IMG/VR virus record: IMGVR_UViG_3300044640_001495
Location: 124,001 to 188,000 of that record
Strand: one strand, 5' to 3'
DNA: 64,000 nucleotides
A program made the translations under genes and the position numbers. The notes beneath the pieces are model-generated. The model saw only the letters and a program-made list of their open reading frames with translations, made no database searches and was not told where the DNA came from. Positions 37,434-47,088 of the stretch are shown piece after piece; position 1 is the stretch's first letter, and each line of letters begins with the position of its first letter.

Positions 37434-38644
37434 GCGAAGACAAATTTTGTATAGTGCCATGGATACATCTTAATACAGAACCTAACGGTCGTGTTAAGCC
37501 TTGTTGTGCGTATCTTGGACAAGATTTTGGAAACTTAAAAGATACTACACTAGAAGAAATATGGAATAACGAACATACTAAATCTATGCGTAGAAGCTTT
37601 TTAGAAAATAAAATTCCAGAAGGATGTCTAACCTGTACTAAAAAAGAAGACAGCGGTGGTGTAAGCTATAGAATGGCGGTTACTGAAAGATTCAGCCATC
37701 ATATTGAAAAAGCTAAAAGTAACACATTGCCCGACGGTACTTATGAAACGTTTGAAATAATTTTTTGGGATTTTAGATTCAGCAATATCTGTAACTTTAA
37801 ATGTCGTATGTGCGGACATGGTAGTAGTAGTTCTTGGTTTGACGACTTTACACCTGAAGAAAAGAAAACTAAGGTAAAGTTCCTTGACAGTGCGTATTAT
37901 GGAACTAATTTAATGAAATATGTTGATCAGTTTATTGACGATGTTGAAGAAATCTATTTTGCTGGCGGTGAACCATTACTTATGGCCGAACACTATCAGA
38001 TACTAGATAAGCTAATTGCCAAAGAACGATATGATGTATTTTTGCGTTACAACACCAATATGAGTACTATCAAGTATAAAGATTACGACCTGGTTGATAT
38101 CTGGAAACGATTCAAAGATGTTAGAATTTTTGCAAGTATTGACGGCATTGATGAAAATGCAGAGTACAGTAGATCTGGAACTGACTGGCCTAGAGTAGAA
38201 GAAAACTTAGTCCGTTTATCACAATCAAATGTTGATTATGTAGTATCAACTACTATAAACATTCTCACAGTTTTTAATTTTACTAAACTAGTTGATCGAC
38301 TAATAGAATTAAAAATGTCGACTAGGAAAGTACTAGTAAGTCACGTTAACTGGCCTAAGCACTATATGTCGTCAATTTTGCCCGAAGAGCTAAAAGATCA
38401 AATACGTTTACAACTGGATCAACATTTAGAAAAAATAACGCTGGCCGTAACCGAAGAAGAAAGTCGATGGTTAGCTAACCTATACAACGAAATTAAATTT
38501 TATTTAATCTCAACAACATCAACAGAAGAAACCACGACCTTACAACAGCGATTTAAAAGAGATACTATTAAGTTAGACCGTATTAGAAAAGAAGATATAA
38601 GAACGGCTGTACCAGAATTAGCCGAATGGTTTGATACATTATGA
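37430..38644 (+). CDS. radical SAM protein with N-terminal twitch/SPASM-like Cys cluster
   Basis: FCIVPWIH...PCC, CLTC; CNFKCRMC; AGGEP. Confidence 0.9.
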   Translation: MSEDKFCIVPWIHLNTEPNGRVKPCCAYLGQDFGNLKDTTLEEIWNNEHTKSMRRSFLENKIPEGCLTCTKKEDSGGVSYRMAVTERFSHHIEKAKSNTLPDGTYETFEIIFWDFRFSNICNFKCRMCGHGSSSSWFDDFTPEEKKTKVKFLDSAYYGTNLMKYVDQFIDDVEEIYFAGGEPLLMAEHYQILDKLIAKERYDVFLRYNTNMSTIKYKDYDLVDIWKRFKDVRIFASIDGIDENAEYSRSGTDWPRVEENLVRLSQSNVDYVVSTTINILTVFNFTKLVDRLIELKMSTRKVLVSHVNWPKHYMSSILPEELKDQIRLQLDQHLEKITLAVTEEESRWLANLYNEIKFYLISTTSTEETTTLQQRFKRDTIKLDRIRKEDIRTAVPELAEWFDTL

Positions 38645-39849
38645 GTGATAAATTTATTTGTGATTTTCCCTGGATTCATTTAAGTGTGTTTCCACAGGGC
38701 AACTGTACTGTATGCTGTGTGGCTAAACATTCGGGTAAGGGCAACGGACATAGTTGGAACAGAGTCAGTGAGGATAAAACTAAAACTATAACAGTTATGA
38801 ATAGTTCTATACCAGAGATTGTTAACTGCGATAATTATAAAACTATTAGACTAGATATGTTAGCAGGCAAGGTACCGACTGCATGTGAGGGGTGCCATCA
38901 AATTGAACAGGCTGGTGGAAAAAGTAAACGACAGCAAGAAACTACTCGAAATTTAGATCATGCGGCATTGACCTCAGTTGACGGTTCTATCAAGACAGAT
39001 CTTCGTCACATTGAATTACGATTAGGAAATTTTTGTAATTTAAAATGTCGAAGCTGTAACGCAGACTCTAGTACAAGCTGGATTCAAGATTACTATAAAT
39101 TAAAAGATACAGTCAAGTTAGCTAGTGGTTATCATTGGATTAAAAGTAATCCTGATTTTAGTTTTGATTGGGTAGACGATGAATCTTTTTACAACAGATT
39201 AACAGAATTTGCTCCTAATCTAGAACAAATACATATAAGTGGTGGCGAACCATTCCTTGTACCTACTCACTTTAAACTATTAGAAAAATTAGTGCGAGAT
39301 GGTAAAACAGATATCGCTATTCACTACCATACAAATTTAAATTATAAATGGGATAAAATTACTCCAGCATTGGATCTATTGACTAAATTTAAAGAAGTAC
39401 ATATTAGTTTCAGCATTGATGATGTTGGAGAGCGCAACACTTATATTAGAAGTTTAAGCGATTGGGATTTAACCATTAGTAACTTAAAATTATTTTTAAA
39501 TAATTACAAATTCATTTATCGTGTAACTCAAACTGTCAGCGTCTATAATTTTATGTATGTTGAAGAATTAGAAAGGTATTTAGCCAACAATAAAATACGT
39601 ATTAGAGTAGGTTTAAATCATGTTCAGAGCCCAGACTACTTATCAGCTAATATATTATCTAAACAAATGCGACAAGATAAAATTAATTCACTATACGGTA
39701 TTATTGATCGACGCAATTGGGAAGATCTTTATGGCCATTACTATACTCCAAAAGACAACGGACAGTGGGAATACTTTAAATATTTTACAGAAAAAATTGA
39801 TACTGTGCGTAACGAAGATTTAAATAGTATTTTTCCAAAACTAGCATGA
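38641..39849 (+). CDS. radical SAM protein with N-terminal twitch/SPASM-like Cys cluster
   Basis: ICDFPWIH...VCC, CEGC; CNLKCRSC; SGGEP. Confidence 0.9.
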   Translation: MSDKFICDFPWIHLSVFPQGNCTVCCVAKHSGKGNGHSWNRVSEDKTKTITVMNSSIPEIVNCDNYKTIRLDMLAGKVPTACEGCHQIEQAGGKSKRQQETTRNLDHAALTSVDGSIKTDLRHIELRLGNFCNLKCRSCNADSSTSWIQDYYKLKDTVKLASGYHWIKSNPDFSFDWVDDESFYNRLTEFAPNLEQIHISGGEPFLVPTHFKLLEKLVRDGKTDIAIHYHTNLNYKWDKITPALDLLTKFKEVHISFSIDDVGERNTYIRSLSDWDLTISNLKLFLNNYKFIYRVTQTVSVYNFMYVEELERYLANNKIRIRVGLNHVQSPDYLSANILSKQMRQDKINSLYGIIDRRNWEDLYGHYYTPKDNGQWEYFKYFTEKIDTVRNEDLNSIFPKLA

Positions 39850-40646
39850 AATTTATTTTTTTAAAATCGGGCGACTATTTAGAATTAGAACCCAACAACA
39901 CTCCTATAGCATCTGTTTGGTTTGAAAGCATTTTTTCTAAAAAAATGAATATGAGTTATTTTGCTAGAGATACTTCGTTTATAACTCGTTCTAACGAGAC
40001 TATTAATAATCTAAATACTGCAATTGATATAGTTAATAAGTTTGCTGTAGAAAAAAATCTACCTCAAATCATGTTTGATAAAATTGTTGGTATTGATCAA
40101 CAATGGCTCAATGCGTCACATAAAAAATGGGTATTGCACACTGACAGATTAAAGAATATAGTTAATGGCGACGATACAAAACAAAACTATCCCGGCTTTG
40201 TGAAATCTTGGCAAAATATCAATTTATACATTCATTCTTTAGAATATTATTATTCTGTTTATTTTACTAATACAAAAGGAGCATATTTAGAAAATATTGA
40301 TATTAAAATACAGCCGGAAGATTGCGAATACTCACAACACGATCTAATTTTAAGATTTGACGATTTAGGAAAACATCAGTATGACCAATGGATTACTGGA
40401 AGCGCAGTTGATGAAGAAACTAGCAATTACAAAACAATTTCGGCTAGATTTGAATATGCATTTAATCCGCAATTAAATAAAGGAATTCTTCCTAATCCAG
40501 CATATATAGAGTGGTGTAATCAAAATAATTTACAAGTTATGCCACCGTGGATTATTTTAGGAAACTTTAAAAAGAATAAATGGGAAATTAAACAACTCAT
40601 ACATCAAAATTTATCTCGAGGATTAGAAGTAGGATTTGAATTATGA
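39846..40646 (+). CDS. hypothetical protein
   Basis: 266-aa ORF coupled to rSAM array. Confidence 0.8.
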   Translation: MKFIFLKSGDYLELEPNNTPIASVWFESIFSKKMNMSYFARDTSFITRSNETINNLNTAIDIVNKFAVEKNLPQIMFDKIVGIDQQWLNASHKKWVLHTDRLKNIVNGDDTKQNYPGFVKSWQNINLYIHSLEYYYSVYFTNTKGAYLENIDIKIQPEDCEYSQHDLILRFDDLGKHQYDQWITGSAVDEETSNYKTISARFEYAFNPQLNKGILPNPAYIEWCNQNNLQVMPPWIILGNFKKNKWEIKQLIHQNLSRGLEVGFEL

Positions 40647-41506
40647 AAATTTATGTAAATGGAGATAGTTTTACTGCTGGCGACGGATTGTCTGATCCAG
40701 AAGTTTTTCCAGATTTGTATCCAGGGCATCATTCTTGCGACATAGAATTTGACGTAGCATGGTGTAATAAAAGGCATGCAATGCTAGATAAAAATCTTGA
40801 TTTACACAATCACTGGCAAATTAATAATAAGAAATATGTGTGGTCTACAATATTAGGAGAGCTAGTTAATACTATGTTAGTTAATGACAGCGTTACTGTA
40901 GTTAATGGTGCCATTGGCGGATCATGTATGACAGGCATATCAACTAGAACTATTGCCTATCTTGAATCATTAAGAAGTCGAGCAGACTTGCCAGATCATG
41001 TTTTCATAGGCTTAACAAGCATTGGAAGATTAGGTTGGTATCACGAAGATACACAAGATATTGGTAAAATTTTTAATTGGGTTAAATCGACTATTCCAGG
41101 ATTTCATTATCGAGGACATGAAAGTAAACATAAAAAATTGTTTGAAACTATTTGGACAACACTCAGTGATGAAGAACTGCTTATTAATTATCTAAAAGAA
41201 TGTTTACAAATTAAAAATTATGTCAAGAGAAGAATTGGACGAGATCCTATTTTCTTAAACACTGTGGGTGAATTTTGGCAATACAAAGAAATAGTCAATA
41301 ACTCTAAAAATCAATGGCTTCGAATGCTTTGGTTTGATTTATTAGAATTTGATAAGATTAACAATCGATGGTTCAATAAAGGAGCGTTTGAACAAATGAC
41401 TGCGTGTGGACACGTACTTCCGCCTGGTCATGCTGAATATGCTAGAGATTTAGCAAGAGAACATTTTGGATGGGGTAAAAATCCGGATGATAGGGATGCC
41501 AATTAA
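40643..41506 (+). CDS. SGNH/GDSL-like protein
   Basis: YVNGDSFTAG, NGAIGG, CGH..P.GH. Confidence 0.65.
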   Translation: MKIYVNGDSFTAGDGLSDPEVFPDLYPGHHSCDIEFDVAWCNKRHAMLDKNLDLHNHWQINNKKYVWSTILGELVNTMLVNDSVTVVNGAIGGSCMTGISTRTIAYLESLRSRADLPDHVFIGLTSIGRLGWYHEDTQDIGKIFNWVKSTIPGFHYRGHESKHKKLFETIWTTLSDEELLINYLKECLQIKNYVKRRIGRDPIFLNTVGEFWQYKEIVNNSKNQWLRMLWFDLLEFDKINNRWFNKGAFEQMTACGHVLPPGHAEYARDLAREHFGWGKNPDDRDAN

Positions 41507-41523
41507 GTATCTAGTATAGATTA

Positions 41524-43509
41524 TTATTTTTTTACTAAGGATTGAAATGTATTAAATTGCTTTTGCAACCATTCAAAATCGTTAATTTTTCTTAACTGAT
41601 CGGCATCAGCAATATTCAATAATCCGTACTGTTTTCCAGCTCGAGCTCCTGCTATACTATATTCTCCATAAAGTTTATCAGATCCAATACTACACCAAGT
41701 AATTAATCGATCTTCAGTTTCTTCTTGATATCCAGAATCAACAGGACGGCTGGCTAATTTTACACACTCTCTAAACGCAGATTTCCAAGTATTAAACGGA
41801 TCGGTATTAAAAACTGTTAGATTACTAACTTCTTTTATAACTTTAAATTTTTTGCTTATTGCCATAGTCATGTCAACACTAGACATGTCCATATTAATAG
41901 TTAAGTTTTTAGGCAATAATTTAACACCGCCATAGCCGTATGTTAATCCGTTGATAGGATTTTTGCTTAACCAAACATGAACAATATCTGTATCGTGTTT
42001 AGGTAGTAGTAGGTCAAATTGAAAATCATCTTCTATTATTGCATCACCGTCTACTACCCAAAACATTGGAGTTGTTGCTAATTTTGCGGCTGCAATGTGT
42101 GCTTGGTGAATACCTTTTACGCCGTGTACACGTTTGGCTCTCGGAAATTGATCAATTAATTTAGCAAAATTTTCATCTGCATTAGGTTCGTTATAAGATA
42201 TAAACACAATATCGTATAATTTTAATTTACTTGCCACAAGGTCATATTCTTTTTTTTCAATCAAATATCTATATTCAACTTCTCTTGCAGAAATAAGTCT
42301 TTTCTTCGATAATAACATTATACCGTTGTACTTAATTTCTTCAACATCAATATTTTTAAAGACGTGATTTATACTAAGCTCATACTTATTTTGGTATGGA
42401 AATTGAAGATCAAATTTAAAATCTGGCGCAGGTTCAACTTCCGGAGGAATCGCCCAAAACATATCTGTATCAGCTGTGTTAAGAGCATGTTCGTAATCAC
42501 TAAACGTATCGATTACAAATTTGTCGTACGGTTTATATTTGCTGGCCACTAGATCGTGTTCTTTTTTATCTATAAAAAATCTATGTTCAATCTCTTTCTT
42601 AGATACTGGCTTATTTGTAGAAAATAACACAACACCGTTAACGAACGATTCCTGATCGTTAGATATATTTTTAAACACGTGATTTTCGTTTCGATCATAG
42701 GAATTATGGTGACTAAAATAAGTTTCAAAAATTTGATCATTAATTATTTCAATATTTGGCCATACTCCCCAAAACATTGTTAAAGGTGAATTTTCTAATG
42801 CAGATCGATATTCTTCATAATTGTTAATAATAAAAATAGGATATGTTTTAGGTTTACTAGCTACTATATCAATTTCTTTTTTGTTAACATAAAATCTATG
42901 ATCAAATTCTTTTTTACTAATTTCTTTGTATTTTGAAAACAACGCTATTCCGTCAAAAAATTCTCCGTTTTTAAATACATGAGTTATGTTTCGATGAAAT
43001 GCATCGTATGTTGGAACATAATAATCAAAAAGAAAATTTTCGGCTACAACAACATCATCCCATACTGCCCAGAACATCGCTGTTGAAGATTGCTCTTTTG
43101 CATTTAAATAATCGTTGTATGTTTTTATATTATGAATTTCAAATTTCTTAGGAGTTGATGCAATTACATCCATCTCCTTTTTGTTCATAAAAAATCTATG
43201 ATCAAATTCTTTTTGTGTAGTATTGGCTGTTTTAGGAAATAGATTTATTCCGTCAAATGTTGTTCCGTTTAACCAAACGTGGGTATATTCTTCGTCCCAC
43301 TTAGATACTCTGTATTCAAAATTAAAATCGTCAGCTACAACAACATCATCCCATACGACCCAAAAGAATTTTGTAAATGCTTTCTTTTTAATGTCATCGA
43401 ACGATTTTACATTATCAATTTTTTGAGAAGATGGAAATTTAGAACGAAATTGTTTCCAATTTTGTTCATCAATAATATTTTTACTTACATAAAAAATATC
43501 ATAGACCAT
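41524..43509 (-). CDS. multi-repeat glycosyltransferase-like protein (four partial repeats plus C-terminal GT-A domain)
   Basis: C-terminal DIVFISY..E, AH..AA, WVVDGD (DxD), GYGGVKL; repeated MFW/HVFKN/HRF/KKE units. Confidence 0.75.
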   Translation of the reverse strand: MVYDIFYVSKNIIDEQNWKQFRSKFPSSQKIDNVKSFDDIKKKAFTKFFWVVWDDVVVADDFNFEYRVSKWDEEYTHVWLNGTTFDGINLFPKTANTTQKEFDHRFFMNKKEMDVIASTPKKFEIHNIKTYNDYLNAKEQSSTAMFWAVWDDVVVAENFLFDYYVPTYDAFHRNITHVFKNGEFFDGIALFSKYKEISKKEFDHRFYVNKKEIDIVASKPKTYPIFIINNYEEYRSALENSPLTMFWGVWPNIEIINDQIFETYFSHHNSYDRNENHVFKNISNDQESFVNGVVLFSTNKPVSKKEIEHRFFIDKKEHDLVASKYKPYDKFVIDTFSDYEHALNTADTDMFWAIPPEVEPAPDFKFDLQFPYQNKYELSINHVFKNIDVEEIKYNGIMLLSKKRLISAREVEYRYLIEKKEYDLVASKLKLYDIVFISYNEPNADENFAKLIDQFPRAKRVHGVKGIHQAHIAAAKLATTPMFWVVDGDAIIEDDFQFDLLLPKHDTDIVHVWLSKNPINGLTYGYGGVKLLPKNLTINMDMSSVDMTMAISKKFKVIKEVSNLTVFNTDPFNTWKSAFRECVKLASRPVDSGYQEETEDRLITWCSIGSDKLYGEYSIAGARAGKQYGLLNIADADQLRKINDFEWLQKQFNTFQSLVKK

Positions 43510-44410
43510 CAGTGGTCCTCATATATGTATTTGTTAATTTAATAGTTTCTTCGTACAAATCTAAAGTATATTTGCTCTGTTGACTATCTAGATAGGGATA
43601 ATCAAAACCTAGTTCTAATTTAATTTTTTCACCTAATGATTTAATTTCATCATCTAGACCATCACCGCCTACTTCTTCAAATGGGCGGCCATATTGATTC
43701 CAAATACCTTTAAGGATTTCAAAGTCTCGAACCTCTACATAATTCCAGTCGGTACAGTTTGCTAACCAAGTGCCTAATCTAGCACCATATATAGCATAAA
43801 GTCCGTTTTCTTCATGAGCACCAACTGTTGACCACATACGTAATCTATGCAAATTGTGCCACCAAACACGTTCGCTAATCTCTTGTGGTGACACTTTAAC
43901 TCCATCGAGTAAGGTCATTTTAACGCCTTCACGAAATCCTGCTCTCCATGCTTGAAAAGGACTTCCGGTAATATCAGTATCACTATAACATTCTTTAAAT
44001 TGACGATACCCATCTTCCCAACAAAAGTCTACTTGAGCGCGATCGCTTTCACTAGCTTCATGGGTTTTCATATTGAGAATAAAATCTCGTTTCCATATTT
44101 TAAGCCCGCCATTACCGTAGAGTAAGCCATTAAGTTTGTTTTTTCCTAGCCAACTATATACCTGTATCTTAGGATTACTTGTATCGATGTCTAGATTAAA
44201 AAATTTAGGATTAACTATATTATCAGCGTCAACCGTAATAACCCATTCAGTTTCACTTAACTCAGCTGCTGCCTTATGTGCAGCATCACTACCCTTCACC
44301 CCGTGAACTCGTTTAGCCCAAGGAAGTTTATTACATAAATCAGCATAATGCTTATCTGCATTGGGTTCGTCATAACTTAAAAATACAATGTCAAGTTCTA
44401 TTGTTTTCAT
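43499..44410 (-). CDS. GT-A fold glycosyltransferase
   Basis: DIVFLSYDEP, VHGVKG..AH, TVDAD (DxD), YGNGGLK. Confidence 0.78.
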   Translation of the reverse strand: MKTIELDIVFLSYDEPNADKHYADLCNKLPWAKRVHGVKGSDAAHKAAAELSETEWVITVDADNIVNPKFFNLDIDTSNPKIQVYSWLGKNKLNGLLYGNGGLKIWKRDFILNMKTHEASESDRAQVDFCWEDGYRQFKECYSDTDITGSPFQAWRAGFREGVKMTLLDGVKVSPQEISERVWWHNLHRLRMWSTVGAHEENGLYAIYGARLGTWLANCTDWNYVEVRDFEILKGIWNQYGRPFEEVGGDGLDDEIKSLGEKIKLELGFDYPYLDSQQSKYTLDLYEETIKLTNTYMRTTDGL

Positions 44411-45000
44411 ATTGTTTCAAATATATATTTGTCAAAAATTCGCCTTGTATAAACACTAAATCTATTTGGCAAATCTAATGTAAATAATTTTGTATTTTCT
44501 GTAATGTCGCCTGCCCTAATGCTTAACATATGAAGGAGGACATTGGGGTCGTTGTAATCAGTTACTAAAAAAATCATTTCAGTTGCACCGTCCCAAATAA
44601 TATTATTTGAGTATTTGTCGCTCATTGAAAATATTAATGTACTATTTTTTGTATCATGTGAAATTGTGATATCAGGATCTTGCATATTTGACCACTTTTT
44701 ATCTATTATTCTATGCAAGATGTCATCGATCTTTATTAGACTATGGGTGGAAAATTTGTTTAATTTAACTAATTTCTTAGTTGGTAAATCAACCCTATAA
44801 GAAAATAGATTTTCCTCTCCTGTAGAAACTGCTGTGGCAATTTCTTCATCAATTTTTATATTATTTGTATTATCAAATACCGCATGAGAAGGATATATTC
44901 CAATTAAAGATCCGTCATCTTTAAATGTTGCATAGTATTCGACGGTTTGATTGACTGGTAATTTAATCCACTCGTCAAAGTCCATTAATTCTTGTTCCAT
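44407..45000 (-). CDS. hypothetical protein
   Basis: 197 aa, coupled inside GT operon. Confidence 0.8.
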   Translation of the reverse strand: MEQELMDFDEWIKLPVNQTVEYYATFKDDGSLIGIYPSHAVFDNTNNIKIDEEIATAVSTGEENLFSYRVDLPTKKLVKLNKFSTHSLIKIDDILHRIIDKKWSNMQDPDITISHDTKNSTLIFSMSDKYSNNIIWDGATEMIFLVTDYNDPNVLLHMLSIRAGDITENTKLFTLDLPNRFSVYTRRIFDKYIFETI

Positions 45001-45827
45001 GCAATCTCCTCTAACATACTAACTATTTCGTCATTAACTAGATCTTTTTCAACATAATGCACAATATTATATTGCTGATAATTTCCAATTTTTAAATTTC
45101 CCTGTGTATTAAAATAAAAACCTGCATGTTCAGTGACCCTTTCGGCAGTCCAGGGCCAATTTTGAATCATCGGTTTCATATGTACTATATTAGGAAACGC
45201 TAAATCATAACTTATAATATCACTTATATCTAAAATCTTTGCGCTTAGAGCGAATGCTTCATCTGTTCCAACAACTTTTGGTTTATGTTTAGTAAGATAT
45301 AAATTACTAAACTCTAAAGGGTTTTTTATAATATATCTACCTAAATTGAAAAATTCTGTTGCAAGCTCGGATCCTTGTTTAAAAAAAGTAAACATGGAAT
45401 ATAAATTAGGAAGATTGTTTTTTGTAAATGTTTTTCTATAAAAATCATTTATGATTGTTTCACCTCTATAGGTTAAGGCCTTTGGAGGAATGTATAATTC
45501 ACAATTTTCAATAAAGTAATCAATCCAATGGCTATGATCCCTAAGAAAAAGCATGTCTGCATCAAGGCATACTGTATTTTCAAAAGGAGATAGTTGATCC
45601 ATCCAGCTACGGCCATCCCAATGTGTTTCTTTATCCCAGGTAATTACATGATCAAAAACCCAAGGACTTTTTAAATTATTAACTAGCTGAGGTTTATCGA
45701 TTACTAAAGCAACTTTATTGTATCCTGGTTTCTGAGTATTTTTAATACTTAATGCAAGAGCATAGGCCAGTTTAAGATAGTCTATATTATCATTCGAAGC
45801 AACAAAAATTAAGTAACCAAAGTTCAT
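44985..45827 (-). CDS. GT8-like nucleotide-diphospho-sugar transferase
   Basis: A..LALSIK, TVCLDADMLF (DxD), TDEAF, HMK. Confidence 0.65.
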   Translation of the reverse strand: MNFGYLIFVASNDNIDYLKLAYALALSIKNTQKPGYNKVALVIDKPQLVNNLKSPWVFDHVITWDKETHWDGRSWMDQLSPFENTVCLDADMLFLRDHSHWIDYFIENCELYIPPKALTYRGETIINDFYRKTFTKNNLPNLYSMFTFFKQGSELATEFFNLGRYIIKNPLEFSNLYLTKHKPKVVGTDEAFALSAKILDISDIISYDLAFPNIVHMKPMIQNWPWTAERVTEHAGFYFNTQGNLKIGNYQQYNIVHYVEKDLVNDEIVSMLEEIAWNKN

Positions 45828-46684
45828 ATTAACTCCAGTAGTTTTTCTTTATTTCTAATAATACTTTGTTTGTTCATAACGTGAACATCAGAACCTTGTG
45901 TAGTTGCAGCCCAAAAATCTCCGCAATTAAGTGGTTTGTCAATTAGGAACGTTAGCCGATCTCCATTTACATCATGTAAAATATCTTTATCAAATACTGT
46001 TAGAATAGGAGGTAATGTATAAACAAACTCAGTTTCAAACCCGTTCATGATATGTTTGGCAACGCTAAATGAAATGTCGTTTCGATATTGCCTTGGGTCA
46101 AATCTAAATAGGTCGGCATAATATCTATAATTGTCTTTAATATAATCAACTAATTTAAAAAAGAATCTACTTTCTTCGTTTTTAGTAAACATTACAGTAG
46201 TGGCCCAAAACATATGAACTCCGGTTTCACTTACACGTTGATCTAATATACCGCTGCGGTCACCTGTTATATCATTCATAGAATGTCCTAACATCACACT
46301 ACTATCTGTGTTCCAGTACTCATTTAGTTTGTTAGAAAAGATTAAATAATCACTGTCAACTAACAGGGTTTGATCGTAAGGACTTAAATCCCAAACTGAA
46401 AATCTATTTGAATTTACAAAAGGAATTGTCTGGCTGTAAAAACCATCATGAAGTTTTCTTGTATTTTTTGTTCTAGGCTTTTCAATTTCAATAATCTTAT
46501 CAAAAATAGATTCGGCTCTAGCATACATCTCTGATTCTTTTAACCAAGCAATTGTCCATTTGTCTGTTATTAAACTAACTGGTAATCCCAAATGTTTTTT
46601 TGCTAGGCCGCCAGAAATTATACCCATTACACCATAATCTACTTCTGGGCCATTATGAGCAAAAATTAATACGCCTTTAGTCAT
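45824..46684 (-). CDS. GT8-like nucleotide-diphospho-sugar transferase
   Basis: SPYDQTLLVDSDY (DxD), RNDISF, HVMNK; paralogous to 44985. Confidence 0.65.
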   Translation of the reverse strand: MTKGVLIFAHNGPEVDYGVMGIISGGLAKKHLGLPVSLITDKWTIAWLKESEMYARAESIFDKIIEIEKPRTKNTRKLHDGFYSQTIPFVNSNRFSVWDLSPYDQTLLVDSDYLIFSNKLNEYWNTDSSVMLGHSMNDITGDRSGILDQRVSETGVHMFWATTVMFTKNEESRFFFKLVDYIKDNYRYYADLFRFDPRQYRNDISFSVAKHIMNGFETEFVYTLPPILTVFDKDILHDVNGDRLTFLIDKPLNCGDFWAATTQGSDVHVMNKQSIIRNKEKLLELI

Positions 46685-47031
46685 ATATTCAATAATTTTT
46701 CTACGGTTCTGCTAGATTTAATTTTTTCGTATTCTTCGTGATATTCGTAGGTGGCAGTAAAATACCTATCTAGAATTTCATCTCGAAATATTTGTAGGTC
46801 TGGAATTAAAATTGGGTTTTCATTTTGATCAATTAAGGGAACATTTTCTGTTCTGTCTTGATCAATTAGCATTTGAACAAAAACTAATAGTGTTCTATCA
46901 ATCTTAAATATACCGCCGGAGTGGCCGTAAGTCAATTTACCCTCAATTTTTTCTTTAAGGGTTTTTCTTTGAATTGCTAGGGTTTGTCTATAATTAGAAA
47001 AATCTAAGGCAGCTTTTAGACGGTCGTCCAT
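46681..47031 (-). CDS. hypothetical protein (weakly DUF4376/fibre-assembly-like)
   Basis: 116 aa; GGIFKID...LID.N.NPI pattern; GGAG SD. Confidence 0.7.
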   Translation of the reverse strand: MDDRLKAALDFSNYRQTLAIQRKTLKEKIEGKLTYGHSGGIFKIDRTLLVFVQMLIDQDRTENVPLIDQNENPILIPDLQIFRDEILDRYFTATYEYHEEYEKIKSSRTVEKLLNI

Positions 47032-47056
47032 GGTATCTCCTATAAAACACGCACAT

Positions 47057-47064
47057 TATTTATA
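47057..47064 (-). promoter_or_regulatory. perfect T4 late promoter TATAAATA
   Basis: Reverse complement of TATTTATA, intergenic, upstream of GT operon. Confidence 0.75.
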
Positions 47065-47088
47065 TGGCGTCTTATAGAGGATTAAAAT

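Noticed and set aside
162-41506. Numerous 60-160 aa minus-strand and alternative-frame ORFs in the ORF track
   Set aside because: They lie inside well-supported, tightly coupled genes, lack SD or motifs, and look like shadow ORFs
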